DNA of 64,000 bases from Eledone cirrhosa (lineage: Eukaryota). A program made the position numbers and the translations under genes. Positions 1 through 14,036 of the stretch are shown here, in pieces; position 1 is the first letter of the stretch; every line of letters starts with the position of its first letter. The notes beneath the pieces were generated by a model. It did not search any database and was not told the DNA's origin. It saw nothing but the letters and a program-made list of their open reading frames with translations. The DNA lies in assembly GCA_964016885.1 (NCBI GenBank), contig OZ024742.1, positions 375,100,001 to 375,164,000 of the forward strand, read 5' to 3'.

Positions 1-1830
1 GAAGCTGTCCACTATTTCTATAGAACCCTCTGCGCAATTGAAAGAGCTAGTATTTTGTGGGTACTTGCTGCTACTTATTGCACCAGAACACCGGCCACAT
101 GTAAAATCTATGTTCTTAGTTAGCTTACCTGTGATCCCACTACATCTTTTATGCACCCATACTTTGCATTTAGGACATAAAATGGAGTTTCTACCTACGC
201 CTTTCCTACACACCGAGCACGACCATTTCCCAGAAGGGACCGCCGCCTTGTTTTCTTTCCTACAAACTAGAACTTTGGTCTTAGCCAGGTTAATTTTAAG
301 TCCTTTTGACTCTAGGCCGTGCTTCCATGTTTGGAATTTCTTCTCTAGCTCGGCCATTGATTCCGCTATGAGTGTCAGGTCGTCTGCGTATAGGAGTTCC
401 CATGGGCAGCCTGTCTTGAACTCCTCTGTTATAGCCTGAAGGGCAATAATAAATAGTAGGGGGCTGAGAACAGAGCCCTGATGGACGCCAACTTTTACGC
501 TAAACTCTTCACTATATTCGTTGTTAATTCTAACCTTGCTGACTGTTTCTTTATACATGGCTTGTATAGCCCTCACAAGCCATTCGTCAACGCCTAGTTT
601 TCTAAGAGCCCACCAGATAATGGAGCGGGGGACTCTGTCGAAGGCTTTCTCCAAGTCGACAAAAGCTAAGTAGAGGGGTTTACCTTTAGCTAGGTACTTC
701 TCCTGTAGTTGTCGTACTATGAAAAGAGCGTCTGTGGTGCTTTTGCCTGACACAAACCCGAACTGCATTTCATCTAGGTCAATTCGCTCTCTGATTAGTT
801 GCGCTATTACTTTTTCCGTGACCTTCATGACCTGGTCGATTAATTTAATGCCTCTATAGTTACTCCTATCTAGGGCATCTCCTTTACCCTTATAACAGTT
901 AACGATGATGCTGCTATGCCAGTCCTTCGGAACAACCCCATTCTGTACGACTTGGTTAACTATGCGGGTGACCATGGTGTGTCCCACCGTGCCAGATGCC
1001 TTCAGCATCTCAGCAACTATTTCCGAAGGCCCAGCCGCCTTACCCGTCTTCATATCCTTGATCGCCTTACTTATTATACTACCTTCAACTAACACTGCTG
1101 GTCCCTCTATTGGGTCGATATGGGGGAGACTGTCTTTCTCCCATTTATTCTCCTCATTTAGTAGCCTTTCATAGTGACACTTCCAAGCTACCTTCTTATC
1201 AGTGTCGGTGATGGCAAGTATGCCATCATCGTTAAGTACACACTTCTCCCCGACAATATCACGGTTTTCCTTGACGCATTGCCTAGCAATCCTGAACACC
1301 TCACGTTTTTGGTCCTCGCGTTGTAGAACATGCTTGAACTTTCTTTCCTCAGCTTCCCTTCTTGCTAAGTACACTTCTCTCCTAGCTTCCCTCCTGGCCA
1401 CTTGATAGTCTACTCTACTTCCCCCATCCCGCCATACTTTCCAAGCCTGCTTTTTGGCCTTAATTGACCCCTCCACCTTACTGTTCCACCACCATGTTAC
1501 TCTCCTCCTGCCTACAGGCCTGCTACAGCCACAGACTTCGTCTGTCGCCAACAGCAGGTTTGCTTTCAGAAATTCCCACTGTCCCTCTATATTGTCCGAT
1601 TCTAGATGCTCTTCCTTACTGTCGAAAGCATCAAGTAATATGCTTTGAAATTTATTTCTGGCTGTGGGGTCCTTTAGTTTCCATATTTTCCTCCTGAGGA
1701 TAGTCCTCTTCTGCTGTTGAGTACGTCTCGTCCTGACTATGAGGTCGCTAATTATCAGTCTATGTTGGGAGGTGCATTCTTCATGGGGGAGGGATTTAGT
1801 GTTTACAACAGACACTCTGTCACGTCTTCA
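1..1830 (-). mobile_element. RTE-clade LINE, 5'-truncated (end of APE endonuclease, RT, Cys-rich finger); runs off the window start
   Basis: The minus strand reads [13 protein letters not shown] (APE end), [36 protein letters not shown] (~381-392) and CGVCRKG..C..C..WVHKRC. It is colinear with the 4262-7141 ORF and its 5' end abuts (TA)n. Confidence 0.9.
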
Positions 1831-2662
<832 letters not shown>

Positions 2663-2698
2663 GTATATATATATGTATATATATATATATATATATGC

Positions 2699-2770
<72 letters not shown>

Positions 2771-2772
<2 letters not shown>

Positions 2773-3272
2773 CATCATCATCATCATCATCACCGTTTTA
2801 CGTCCGTTCTTCCACGCTAGCATGGGTTAGACGGGTTGTCCTGTTGTGGGCAGTGTCTGGTAGGCTGACCATGCCTTGCTCATACAGGAACTGGTTTGGC
2901 TTGATTTCTCCAGCTGGATGCCCTTCCTAACACCAACCTCATTTACAGTGAGTGCTGGGTGCTTTTTCGTGGCGCCTACACGTCCACTTTACAGTGTGGG
3001 CTGGGTGCTTTTTTGCCGTGGCACCTCCACGACCACCTTGCGGTGGGGGGAGTGGGGGCATATTGTTTATATGCTTCAGCATGTACCCATGGGAGGTCGG
3101 GTACCCTGTATTACTGCGTGACGCCAGAAGTCACGGTCGTGTGTCATTGTCTTTGAGAGGTGTAGTTGGGTAAGGTCGGCTGTTATCACCTCATCCCAGG
3201 TCATCTTGAGGTGATAAAAGATGACTTGGGATGAGGTGATAGAAGCCGACCTTACCCAACTACACCTCTCAA
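2771..3272 (-). mobile_element. Non-autonomous RTE-derived element with a (TGA)n tail and a fold-back inversion at its 5' junction
   Basis: It has the same AAAAGCACCCAG/GGAAGGGCATCC block (partly duplicated) and a GGACGTAAAA+(TGA)n tail. 3153-3272 is an imperfect palindrome of a piece resembling the RTE ORF C-terminus (KMTWDEVIEADL). Confidence 0.7.
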
Positions 3273-3622
3273 TTTATATATATATATATATGTATATATA
3301 ATATATTAAGAAACACACAGATACATGCGGACACACACATATATACATGAATGCATCCGCACCCAACTGTGAGTTAAGGGTGCCAACTTCACCGATGTTG
3401 CTCAATGAATGACTGGGACAGACCAATTCAGTTTGAACCAGACTGAACCAGTATCAGAGTTAAAAATACATTATGAAGAGAGAAGAAACATTTTAGATAT
3501 AATTAGTAATAAAATGTATCATACCTAAACTGTTCCTAAATTCCTCGACTACGTAGTTTCGTGGCATAAACAAAAACAATATATCAAAGATATAGAGTCC
3601 TTGCGAGGTCTGCATATATATG

Positions 3623-3894
<272 letters not shown>

Positions 3895-3899
3895 TATAC

Positions 3900-4045
<146 letters not shown>

Positions 4046-4050
4046 GTATA

Positions 4051-7000
4051 TCATCATCATCATCATCATACGTCCGCTTTTCCCTGCTTGCAAGGGTGGA
4101 ACGGGTCTTATTCAGCACAGCATCTCTCCACTCGTCACGGTCCCTCGTCATCTCCACCGTGAGCTTCAATGATCTGAGGTCTGTTCTCACCACCTCTGCC
4201 CATGTTTTTCGTGGTCTACCTCTACCACGTCTTCCTTCAACTGGCATTTCCTGGCACTTCTTCACCCATCGGTCATCCTCCATGCGCATGCATGTCCATA
4301 CCACCTCAGTCTCCTCTCCCGTACACTACATTCTATCCCTCTCAAACACAGTTTCTCTCTCAACACATTTATGCTGGGTCGTTCACGCACATTTACACTG
4401 CACATCCAATGGAGCATGCTTGCCTCATTTCTCTCCAGCCGTCGCATATCCTCTGAAGTTGCTGCCCATGTCTCACTACCATGCAGCATCACGCTCCTCA
4501 CACAGGCATCATACAACCGGCCTTTCGTACGCAGGGAGAAAGCCTTCTTCGTCAACAGAGGAAGCAGCTCCCTAAACTTCTTCCAACCCGTCCTTATTCT
4601 AGATACTATGGCCTCGGAACACCCTCCTCCCATGCTAATCTGATCTCCTAGGTACCGGAAGCTATCCACCACTTCTATAGCGCCCTCTCGCATTTGAAAA
4701 ATGTGTCTATCAGTGCGACTTCTACTGTCTAATTTCCCTGTACATCTACTACATACATATTTCTCCCTACCTGTTAGTTTGCCTGCTATCCCGCTACATC
4801 TCTTGTGTACCCAGGACCTGCATTGTGTGCATTTTATAGAATTTATGCCAGTTCCTTTTCTGCATATCGAACATGACCATTTCCCTGACGGAATCAGGGT
4901 TTTGTCCTCTTTTCTACTCATCCTCATCAACACTTTTGTCTTAGCTAGATTTACTCTCAGTCCTCTTGCTTCCAACTGCTGTTTCCATAGCCGGAATTTA
5001 TTCTCTAGCTCCTCTACTGATTCTGCTATAAGAGCCAGATCGTCAGCGTAGAGAAGTTCCCATGGACAGCCAGTCTTAAACTCCTCTGTTATGGCTTGGA
5101 GGACTATAATGAACAAGAGCGGGCTGAGGACCGAACCCTGATGTACCCCTACTTGTATCTGGAATTCCTCACTAAACTCCATACCTACCCTGACTTTACT
5201 GAGAGAACCTCTGTACAAAGTTTGCACTGTCCTCACAAGCCATTCCTCAACACCTAGCTTCCTTAGGGACCACCAGATGACAGATCGGGGTACCCTATCA
5301 AAGGCCTTCTCTAGGTCAACAAAGGCTAAGTATAGTGGCTTATTCTTCTCTAAGAACCTCTCTTGCATTTGTCTCACCAAGAAGAGGGCATCTGTTGTAC
5401 TCTTCCCAGGCACAAAACCAAACTGCATCTCATCTAGTTTGACCCTTTCTCTAATTAGTTGTGCTAAAATCATTTCTGCCACTTTCATAACCTGATCTAT
5501 CAGTTTTATACCCCTATAATTGCTCCTCTCCAAAGCATCCCCTTTACCTTTGTAGCAATTTATGAGAATACTGCTGCACCAGTCTTTGGGTATGACACCA
5601 CCATATATAGCCTGATTGATGATGCGTGCAACCAGTTTAGTGCCTACGTCCCCTGATGCCTTCAGCATCTCAGCAACTATTCCCGATGGTCCGGCTGCCT
5701 TACCATTTTTCATTTCCCTAATCGCCTCTTGGACCCTATATTCGTCAATCTCAATAGCTGGTCCTTCTGTCGGATCTACCAAGGGTAATTTCTCTCTCTC
5801 CCATTCGTTCTCCACATTCATCAGTCTCTCATAATGACATTTCCAGGCCTCCTTTTTCTGGTCATTCGTGACACTAAGTACACCGGCATCATCCCGGACA
5901 CATTTATCTCCAACAACATCCTGATTTGCATTGACACACTGCCTTGCAATGTGGAACACCGCACGCCTCTGATCTTCCCGTCGCAGAACATTGGCAAACC
6001 TCCTACTCTCTGCCTCCCTGCGTGCTAAGTACACCTGACGTCTAGCTTCTCTCTTAGTGGCTGTATATTCTTCCCTACTTCCACCCTTTTTCCAAGCCTT
6101 CCATGCTAGTCTTTTGTCTCTAATAGCCTTATCTACTGTGCTGTTCCACCACCAGGTCACTCTCTGTCTGGTTAGAGCTCTGCTCCAGCCACAGGTTTCA
6201 TCAGTAGCCTGCAGCAAGTTGTCACGTAAGAACTTCCAGTTATTATCTATGTCATACGTCTCTAAATCGTCTTCTTTTTCGTCATATACATCTTGAAGGG
6301 CTTTCCTAAATTTGTATTTTAGTGAAAGGTCTTTTAGCTTCCAGACCTTTCTTCTCCACACCTTCCTATATGTCTCATTCCATCTCTTGCTTACTGAGAT
6401 ATCACTAACAACTAACCTATGCTGTGGGGTACATTCTTCCCCAGGGTATGCCTTGGTATTAGACACTATCTGCCTGTCCCGCTGCCTAACTAGCAGGAAG
6501 TCAATCTGGCTTATGTGCTCACCAGATTTGTAGGTTATTAGGTGATTGACAGGTTTCTGGAAGTTTGTGTTGCAAATAGTCAATGTACTCGTATCACAAA
6601 ATTCAAGAAGTCTCACTCCTTCTTCATTTCTTGAACCGTAACCGTGCCCACCATGTACCCCAGTGTAACCATCCTGGAGCTGTCCAACATGACCATTGAA
6701 GTCTCCTGCTAGCATAACGATGTCTCCGTCCTTTGTCATTGTGGTTGTTTGCAAAAGTTGCTCATAAAAGCAGTCTTTCTCATCTTTGCCTAGGCCTGCT
6801 TGGGGAGCATAGACTGAGATGATTGTCAGTAGTCTCCTACCTACAACTAATCTAAGCTTAATTATTCGATTACTAACTCGAACTACCTCTATTGTCTTAT
6901 TGATCCATTTCTCAGCCAGGAAAATGCCTACTCCCCCTAACCCATCATCCTTACCTACCCAGAATAGCTTATAGCTAAGACGCTTGCCTACGACTAGTCT

Positions 7001-7316
7001 CGCAGAGGCACCTCTCCATCTCACCTCTTGCACGCAGCACACATCCACCTGCCTTCTCTCCAGCATCTCCGCTATTTCAGCAGATCTACCTCTGAGAGTG
7101 CCAACATTAAGTGTTGCAACTCTGAGATGCGACGTCTTCATATTTTCCTATGCTGTTTTATTGCTGTGCTGATAAGCTTTTTGGCATTGATACACTGGTT
7201 GGATGCCCTTCCTAACACCAGCACCACTTTACAGCATGGACTGGGTGCTTTTATTTGTGCCACCAGCACTAGAGAGGATGTCTTACTAGACTCAAGGGCC
7301 CTCTCTACCCCTCCAT
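4051..7316 (-). mobile_element. Near full-length RTE-clade LINE (5' UTR, single APE-RT ORF, short 3' UTR, (TGA)n tail)
   Basis: 959-aa ORF plus a frameshifted C-terminus ([15 protein letters not shown]); (TGA)n tail at 4051-4068; TA repeats on both sides. Confidence 0.95.
4262..7141 (-). CDS. RTE LINE polyprotein: APE endonuclease + reverse transcriptase + PHD-like Cys finger; frameshift near 4290
   Basis: TLNVGTL, VQEVRW, SVYAPQ, GDFNGH, IDFLL, QHRLVV (APE); [20 protein letters not shown] (RT); CSIC..CTQC..WVHKRC..CSRC; after RWYGH the homology continues in another frame. Confidence 0.93.
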   Translation of the reverse strand: MKTSHLRVATLNVGTLRGRSAEIAEMLERRQVDVCCVQEVRWRGASARLVVGKRLSYKLFWVGKDDGLGGVGIFLAEKWINKTIEVVRVSNRIIKLRLVVGRRLLTIISVYAPQAGLGKDEKDCFYEQLLQTTTMTKDGDIVMLAGDFNGHVGQLQDGYTGVHGGHGYGSRNEEGVRLLEFCDTSTLTICNTNFQKPVNHLITYKSGEHISQIDFLLVRQRDRQIVSNTKAYPGEECTPQHRLVVSDISVSKRWNETYRKVWRRKVWKLKDLSLKYKFRKALQDVYDEKEDDLETYDIDNNWKFLRDNLLQATDETCGWSRALTRQRVTWWWNSTVDKAIRDKRLAWKAWKKGGSREEYTATKREARRQVYLARREAESRRFANVLRREDQRRAVFHIARQCVNANQDVVGDKCVRDDAGVLSVTNDQKKEAWKCHYERLMNVENEWEREKLPLVDPTEGPAIEIDEYRVQEAIREMKNGKAAGPSGIVAEMLKASGDVGTKLVARIINQAIYGGVIPKDWCSSILINCYKGKGDALERSNYRGIKLIDQVMKVAEMILAQLIRERVKLDEMQFGFVPGKSTTDALFLVRQMQERFLEKNKPLYLAFVDLEKAFDRVPRSVIWWSLRKLGVEEWLVRTVQTLYRGSLSKVRVGMEFSEEFQIQVGVHQGSVLSPLLFIIVLQAITEEFKTGCPWELLYADDLALIAESVEELENKFRLWKQQLEARGLRVNLAKTKVLMRMSRKEDKTLIPSGKWSCSICRKGTGINSIKCTQCRSWVHKRCSGIAGKLTGREKYVCSRCTGKLDSRSRTDRHIFQMREGAIEVVDSFRYLGDQISMGGGCSEAIVSRIRTGWKKFRELLPLLTKKAFSLRTKGRLYDACVRSVMLHGSETWAATSEDMRRLERNEASMLHWMCSVNVRERPSINVLREKLCLRGIECSVRERRLRWYGHACAWRMTDG

Positions 7317-7484
7317 ATATATATAGTTAAAAGAATAGAGGTGTAACACACAAGTTATTATATATTGGTAAACGGAATAGAAAATGCTGACAAATTGTTC
7401 ACAGTTGAAAAATGGTTTAATTAGGAATAAAAGAGTATTAGTGATTGTATGGGTTAGTATTAAGTTGTGGTTTTAAGTTTTTAA

Positions 7485-7525
7485 GTTTTTACCGGTTGCG
7501 CATTTCTAAATGCTTTTCAAAAATA
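7485..7525 (-). ncRNA. Variant or degenerate minimal type I hammerhead ribozyme in the PLE 3' region
   Basis: Minus strand: ttt-TTGAAAA-gcattt/aaatgc (stem II)-GCAA-ccgg-TA-aaaa; palindromic stem III ACCGGT; U3-A8 replaces C3-G8 and GCAA replaces GAAA. Confidence 0.45.
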
Positions 7526-7897
7526 ATTTTGAGATAGAGTGTCCGTGCTGTTTGCTCTGATCTGATTAGTTTTGGGAATTCTACCTGTTTTTATGTTAAA
7601 AAAGTGGCTCCAGCATTATTTTTGTGTTGCAAAAATGCTTGTGGTCAAAACAATTTTGATTGGTCGGTAGAGGTCATGTGAATGTAAAAAGTTGATTTTG
7701 CGCCAAGACTGTTTTTATGTTAAAATGTTAAAAAAGTGGCTCCAGCAAAAATTCATGGGAAAACAATTTTGATTGGTCGGTAGAGGTCATGTGGATAAAA
7801 AATTGGTTTTGCGCCAAGATTGAGAAATGACTCTTTCACAACAAATATGTGTGTGTGTGTGTGTATGTGTATGTGTGTGTGTGTGTGTGTGTGTATG

Positions 7898-7932
<35 letters not shown>

Positions 7933-8003
7933 AGTAGTAGTAGTAAGGTGTTCGATGCTGCGACAATGGCCAGCAGCGATGTGTGTCAAATGGTTATTAA
8001 GAT

Positions 8004-8037
<34 letters not shown>

Positions 8038-8168
8038 ATATATAGCAGAGTCATTCGAAGGTCAAAAGATATTTTTCAGCTTTTGTCTTATACGGTGAAG
8101 TGCGTGTGTGTGTGTGTGTGTGTGTGTATAAGTCTCTTTGTATGTTGATGTACGCGTGTGTATGTGTT

Positions 8169-8211
<43 letters not shown>

Positions 8212-8532
8212 ACCAGTATTTTTTTCCCCCTGGTAAAATGGTGTACATTATTCGATTTTTTCAGTAAAATCGGTTCTCTTAATAGAACATCTAAAATCTT
8301 AACAATAAAAGGTGTGAAATGATATTCACTATATATATACACACACATACATACATTCACTACATATATATATATATATATATACATATATACATACATA
8401 TATATGCACATATATTTTTTTGTATTGCACCATAGAGCATGTGTGTTTACGTGTGTCATTGTGTTTATATGTGGGTAGAGATGTGTGCTGATGTAGGTAT
8501 GTATGTTGACGTGTGTATGTTGTGGGTTCGTC

Positions 8533-10851
8533 TTAGGGAGAAGTGTTTAGACGGGGTCCGTATTTGTTAATGAAGTAAGATTCCTTGCTGATGCGCTGGG
8601 TGTGGGTGGCATTATCTTTAAATTTGTAGAGGGGAAAGATTCTGAAGTTGGGATGATTTTGGGCGGCACAGGTATCAATGTGTTCACTCAGTGGTATTTT
8701 CCTGTATTCCCGTATTTTAATTTGGGATCTATGGACAGTCATGCGTTGGCGGAGGCTGTTTTTGGTCTGGCCTATGTATTGTTCTCGACAACCTGAACAA
8801 GTTAATACATATATTAGATTTTCCGATGCACATGTGAAATTGTGTTTTACTATAAAACGTTGTCCATCTTTGAAATAGAATTCCGAACCCTCTATTAGGT
8901 TGATGCAAATGCCACAGTTGGGTCTATCGCATTTTTTTACTGTGGGTTTCGTTGTTGTGGTTGGCAGTACTTTGGCATGTGTTAAGATGTTTTTCATTGA
9001 CTTGGATTGTCTTTTGCTCTTTATGATATCGTGTGTTCGTAGAATTTGGTTCATTCTATGGTCCTTTTTCAATACAGGGATGTTCTGGAGGATGGTGTCA
9101 AAGGCCTCATTGTTGAGGGGGTTGTGTGTGGAGATGTATGGAAGAGCTTTTAGTTTTGGTTGATTTACTTTAGGGTGTCTAAGGTCCTGGGTACTGAGTT
9201 TTAGGGCACGTTGGATTCCATTGTCAATTAGTGATGCAGGGTAGTCCCTGCCTATGAGTGTGTTCTTTAGTTCTTGTAGCCGTAAGTAGCAGATGTTTTT
9301 ATTGGAGACTATAGTACAGATTCTCTTGGCTAAGTTGTAGGGAATATTAATTTTAACGTGTCTAGGGTGGCAAGAGTTGAAGGGGAGGTATTGCTTGGAG
9401 TCTGTGGGCTTGTAGTATATGTCTGTTTCTATTTGTTTGTTATGGATCTTAATGAGGATGTCGAGGAAGAGGAGTTGTTGATGGCTGTATTCCATCGTGA
9501 AGTTAATATTTGTGTTGAGCCCATTTATAAGGGTGTGAAATTCTTTAAGTTTTTCGATGTTTTCGTGCCAAAGGATGAAGCAGTCATCTAGATATCGCTT
9601 CCAGTTCCTTTCAATGTGTAAGTGGAGGGTGTTTCCAAATTTGTTTAGGACTTTAGTGTAGAGGGTGATTTCCAGGTATCCCATGACTAGGTTGGCATAA
9701 GTAGGGGCTGTTTTCGTTCCCATAGCGGTCCCAGATTTCTGCCTGTAGGGTTTGTTATTGAAAACGAAGTAATTGTTCTCCAAGATAAATTTGAGTCCCT
9801 CTATCACGAATTCTTTTTTGATGCGTTGTGGGAGTTCATTGTAGAAATTATCCAGCCAGAATTGGATAGCTTCTATTCCTAGGTTGTGGGGGATGTTGGA
9901 GTATAGGTTGACTACATCGAACGTCACTAGTAGGGTTTGTTCAGAAAGTGGCATATTTGGGAGGTGATTGAGCATATCTAGGTCGTCCCTTATATAGCTT
10001 TTGATGTGCTTGAGGAAGGGTTTGAGAAGTGTATCAATGAAGTTGCTAAGACGGTGCGTTTCGCAAGCGGGGCCTGCTATTATAGGTCTTAATTTGAGAT
10101 CATTGGGTGAGGGGAAATTGATGACTATGTCTGTGGCTTCCTTGCATGCCTTACTGATTGATTCGCTTTTATGTACTTTAGGGATACCGTAGAAAAGGCT
10201 GGATTTACTTGTGAAGTCTGTGATGAAGCTGAATTCCTTGTTAGTGAGTCCTTCTTTGTATTGGTTGATTAGAGTTTTTAGGTTTCTCATAATTTTCTGT
10301 TGATTGTAGTGTTCAGCCTTTTCGTAGTATGTTTCGTTTTCCAAAGTGGAGAGCGCTAAGTTGATATAGAATTCTGTCTCCATTAGGACTACTGTACTCC
10401 CTTTATCAGCCTCTTTAATTGTAATGGTTCTGTCGGTTTTTAATCTATTTAATTCTTCCCATTCTTTCTTGTTGAGGTTTGGCTTGTGTTTTTGTCTGTG
10501 CAAGTGTTGGTAAGGGAAGTTTGTGATGTGTTCACAGAATTCGTCCAGGATTTTATTTCTACCTTTTGAAGGGGTGTAATTGCTTCTATTTCTGGCTAAT
10601 GATTCATCCTCATTGTACTGGTCGAATAGTTGTTCACTAAGTCGTAACTTTCTACAGAAGTCTGTGATGTCTTCCTTCATTTCATAGTAGTTAGGACGTA
10701 GTGGGGTCGGTGTGAATTTAAGACCTTTGGAGAGTAAGTTGATAAGGTTGGGTGTTGTTTCTGCACTAGTAATATTGATAATTTTTATTACTATCGGTTT
10801 CTCCTCCCTGTCTTGTGTTATTTTGTTTGCCTGTATCTGTGTGCTGTGTCT
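8533..10851 (-). CDS. PLE reverse transcriptase + Cys-rich linker + GIY-YIG endonuclease; the frame is open upstream of the ATG at 10680
   Basis: LLSKGLKFTPTP (upstream of the ATG), IKEADKG, FYGIPKVHK, RPII, FDVVNLYSNI, GTAMG, RYLDD, FLDI, YYKPTD, CDRPNCGIC, NLIYVLTC..YIGQT..RMTVH. Confidence 0.93.
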   Translation of the reverse strand, partial: RHSTQIQANKITQDREEKPIVIKIINITSAETTPNLINLLSKGLKFTPTPLRPNYYEMKEDITDFCRKLRLSEQLFDQYNEDESLARNRSNYTPSKGRNKILDEFCEHITNFPYQHLHRQKHKPNLNKKEWEELNRLKTDRTITIKEADKGSTVVLMETEFYINLALSTLENETYYEKAEHYNQQKIMRNLKTLINQYKEGLTNKEFSFITDFTSKSSLFYGIPKVHKSESISKACKEATDIVINFPSPNDLKLRPIIAGPACETHRLSNFIDTLLKPFLKHIKSYIRDDLDMLNHLPNMPLSEQTLLVTFDVVNLYSNIPHNLGIEAIQFWLDNFYNELPQRIKKEFVIEGLKFILENNYFVFNNKPYRQKSGTAMGTKTAPTYANLVMGYLEITLYTKVLNKFGNTLHLHIERNWKRYLDDCFILWHENIEKLKEFHTLINGLNTNINFTMEYSHQQLLFLDILIKIHNKQIETDIYYKPTDSKQYLPFNSCHPRHVKINIPYNLAKRICTIVSNKNICYLRLQELKNTLIGRDYPASLIDNGIQRALKLSTQDLRHPKVNQPKLKALPYISTHNPLNNEAFDTILQNIPVLKKDHRMNQILRTHDIIKSKRQSKSMKNILTHAKVLPTTTTKPTVKKCDRPNCGICINLIEGSEFYFKDGQRFIVKHNFTCASENLIYVLTCSGCREQYIGQTKNSLRQRMTVHRSQIKIREYRKIPLSEHIDTCAAQNHPNFRIFPLYKFKDNATHTQRISKESYFINKYGPRLNTSP

Positions 10852-12182
10852 AAAAAATGGTTGGGGTAGAGGGGTTGTCTGCTGATGTTAAGTGGTCTCC
10901 TGTGTTTGTTATATTCCTTGTTGTTGTAAAATGTGGTTCGGGTTGGTGGTTGTAGATTGAATGGGGTGTTCCTGTACTGCGAGTATGGGTGTGTGTTTCT
11001 ATGTGCCATGTTGTATTGTGGTGTTATAAGTGGCCTACGTTGTTGGTTGTATCGTGTGGTGTGGGTTTGTTGTGTATTGTGGAAGTGAGAGTTGAGAAAA
11101 TGGTAATTACCTTGCTGTCCCCTTGAAGCGGGGAAGTTGTTGCATCTATCATGGCGGTGGTATCTTTTCCCTATGTTTGACGATGAGGAATCCGCGTAGT
11201 AGTTGAGTGATTTGGTATGGTGTCTCCTTGAAGGGGGAAAGTTGTAAATGTCATTCTGGGGGAGATGATTTCTTGGGTTTTTGTTCCTTCTTATGGTAGC
11301 GAGGTTGGGAAGTTCATCTTCGGTGTGGTGCTTCCTTCTTCGTTTGTTTGAGGCTTGGGGGTTTGAGAAGTTGTTGTGCGGTTCAGTTATGGGTTTTCCT
11401 ATTTTTATGAACGGGTTATTGGAGGTGTAATCCGTTTGAAAAGTCGATTCATAGTGTAGGAACCAAGCGGCACTTTTTTCCCAGCGTTGAAGGGATTTCA
11501 GTTCTTCTCTGTTGCAGTCCCTTTTCCATAATTTGGAGATCTTCTCTACCTTGGGGCCTTCAGATTTGTTGTTGATTTCCAGGAGGATCTCTTCATCGAT
11601 GGTTTGGATTTTTTCCTCATTTGTCTGGGCCCTCAGTTTAAGAAGTTCAATTTCTGTCTTCATTTTTTCCAATGCCATTCTTTCCCTAAGGTGTCTTTGA
11701 GGTTCGGGTTCATTTGGAATGGACTTTATTTGTAGTTTACGGGGGAGAGTTAGAGGGGTTGAGTTAAGCCATTTTTCATATATCTCTGCTTTGTTGTGAT
11801 TTTGTATCATCTTCCAGAATGAGAACTTTCTGTCTCTGAGGGATTTGTTCCATTTTGGAATTGTTCGAATTTTCATTTTGTGTGAATCAATCTCACATGG
11901 TTCTTCGTTGGTTTTTCCTGGGTTGGTAGTAGTGAACATAGTTTGGATAGTATCGCAAAGGTTTTGGAGTTTGTCGCCGATTTCGGAGGGTTTGTATCCG
12001 GTGGCGGTTTCCTTATTTGTGGAGTCAAGTTTGTCGACCAGCAAAGATAGGTTGGTGTTGATTTTCTTGAGTTCCTGTAGGATCTCTTCATTTGAGTTGA
12101 TGAGGGTTGTATCCGTTTTTGTTGGCATTTTCTGTATCTCGTGTGAGGATATGATAGTTAAAAGAATAGAGGTGTAACACAC
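10818..12182 (-). CDS. ORF1 of the Neptune-like PLE (predicted coiled-coil N-half, basic/disordered C-half); function unknown
   Basis: Uninterrupted 454-codon ORF inside the terminal repeats, overlapping the RT frame. The true start may be the Met near 12128 (MPTK). Confidence 0.7.
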   Translation of the reverse strand: MCYTSILLTIISSHEIQKMPTKTDTTLINSNEEILQELKKINTNLSLLVDKLDSTNKETATGYKPSEIGDKLQNLCDTIQTMFTTTNPGKTNEEPCEIDSHKMKIRTIPKWNKSLRDRKFSFWKMIQNHNKAEIYEKWLNSTPLTLPRKLQIKSIPNEPEPQRHLRERMALEKMKTEIELLKLRAQTNEEKIQTIDEEILLEINNKSEGPKVEKISKLWKRDCNREELKSLQRWEKSAAWFLHYESTFQTDYTSNNPFIKIGKPITEPHNNFSNPQASNKRRRKHHTEDELPNLATIRRNKNPRNHLPQNDIYNFPPSRRHHTKSLNYYADSSSSNIGKRYHRHDRCNNFPASRGQQGNYHFLNSHFHNTQQTHTTRYNQQRRPLITPQYNMAHRNTHPYSQYRNTPFNLQPPTRTTFYNNKEYNKHRRPLNISRQPLYPNHFLDTAHRYRQTK

Positions 12183-12291
12183 AAGTTATTATATATTGGT
12201 AAACGGAATAGAAAATGCTGACAAATTGTTCACAGTTGAAAAATGGTTTAATTAGGAATAAAAGAGTATTAGTGATTGTATGGGTTATATG

Positions 12292-12354
<63 letters not shown>

Positions 12355-12691
12355 GTATATATATATATGTATATATATATATGTATATATATATATGTAT
12401 ATATATATATGTATATATATATGTATATATATATGTATATATATATATGTATATATATATGTATATATATATATGTATATATATATATGTATATATATAT
12501 ATGTATATATATATGTGTATATATATATGTATATATATATGTATATATATATATGTATATATATATATGTATATATATATGTATATATATATGTATATAT
12601 ATATATATGTGTATATATATATGTATATATATATGTATATATATATATGTATATATATATATGTATATACATATATGTATATATATATATG

Positions 12692-13004
<313 letters not shown>

Positions 13005-13016
13005 CCATATATATAT

Positions 13017-13423
<407 letters not shown>

Positions 13424-13440
13424 TATACGTATATATATAT

Positions 13441-13559
<119 letters not shown>

Positions 13560-13586
13560 AATATATGTATATATATATATATAAAC

Positions 13587-13782
<196 letters not shown>

Positions 13783-13799
13783 GTATATATATATATGTG

Positions 13800-13950
<151 letters not shown>

Positions 13951-14036
13951 GTATATATATATGTATATATATATGTATGTATATATGTATGTATATATGT
14001 ATGTATATATGTATGTATATATGTATGTATATATAT

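Larger units (their letters stand above)
7323..12287 (-). mobile_element. Penelope-like element, Neptune-type, near complete, with 134-bp direct terminal repeats (partial pLTR)
   Basis: Identical 134-bp direct repeat at 7323-7456 and 12154-12287 encloses ORF1 and the RT/GIY-YIG ORF; TA repeats flank it. Confidence 0.9.

Noticed and set aside
4371-7330. Plus-strand ORFs over the LINE (and similar ones over the PLE ORFs)
   Set aside because: Antisense shadows of the real coding frames
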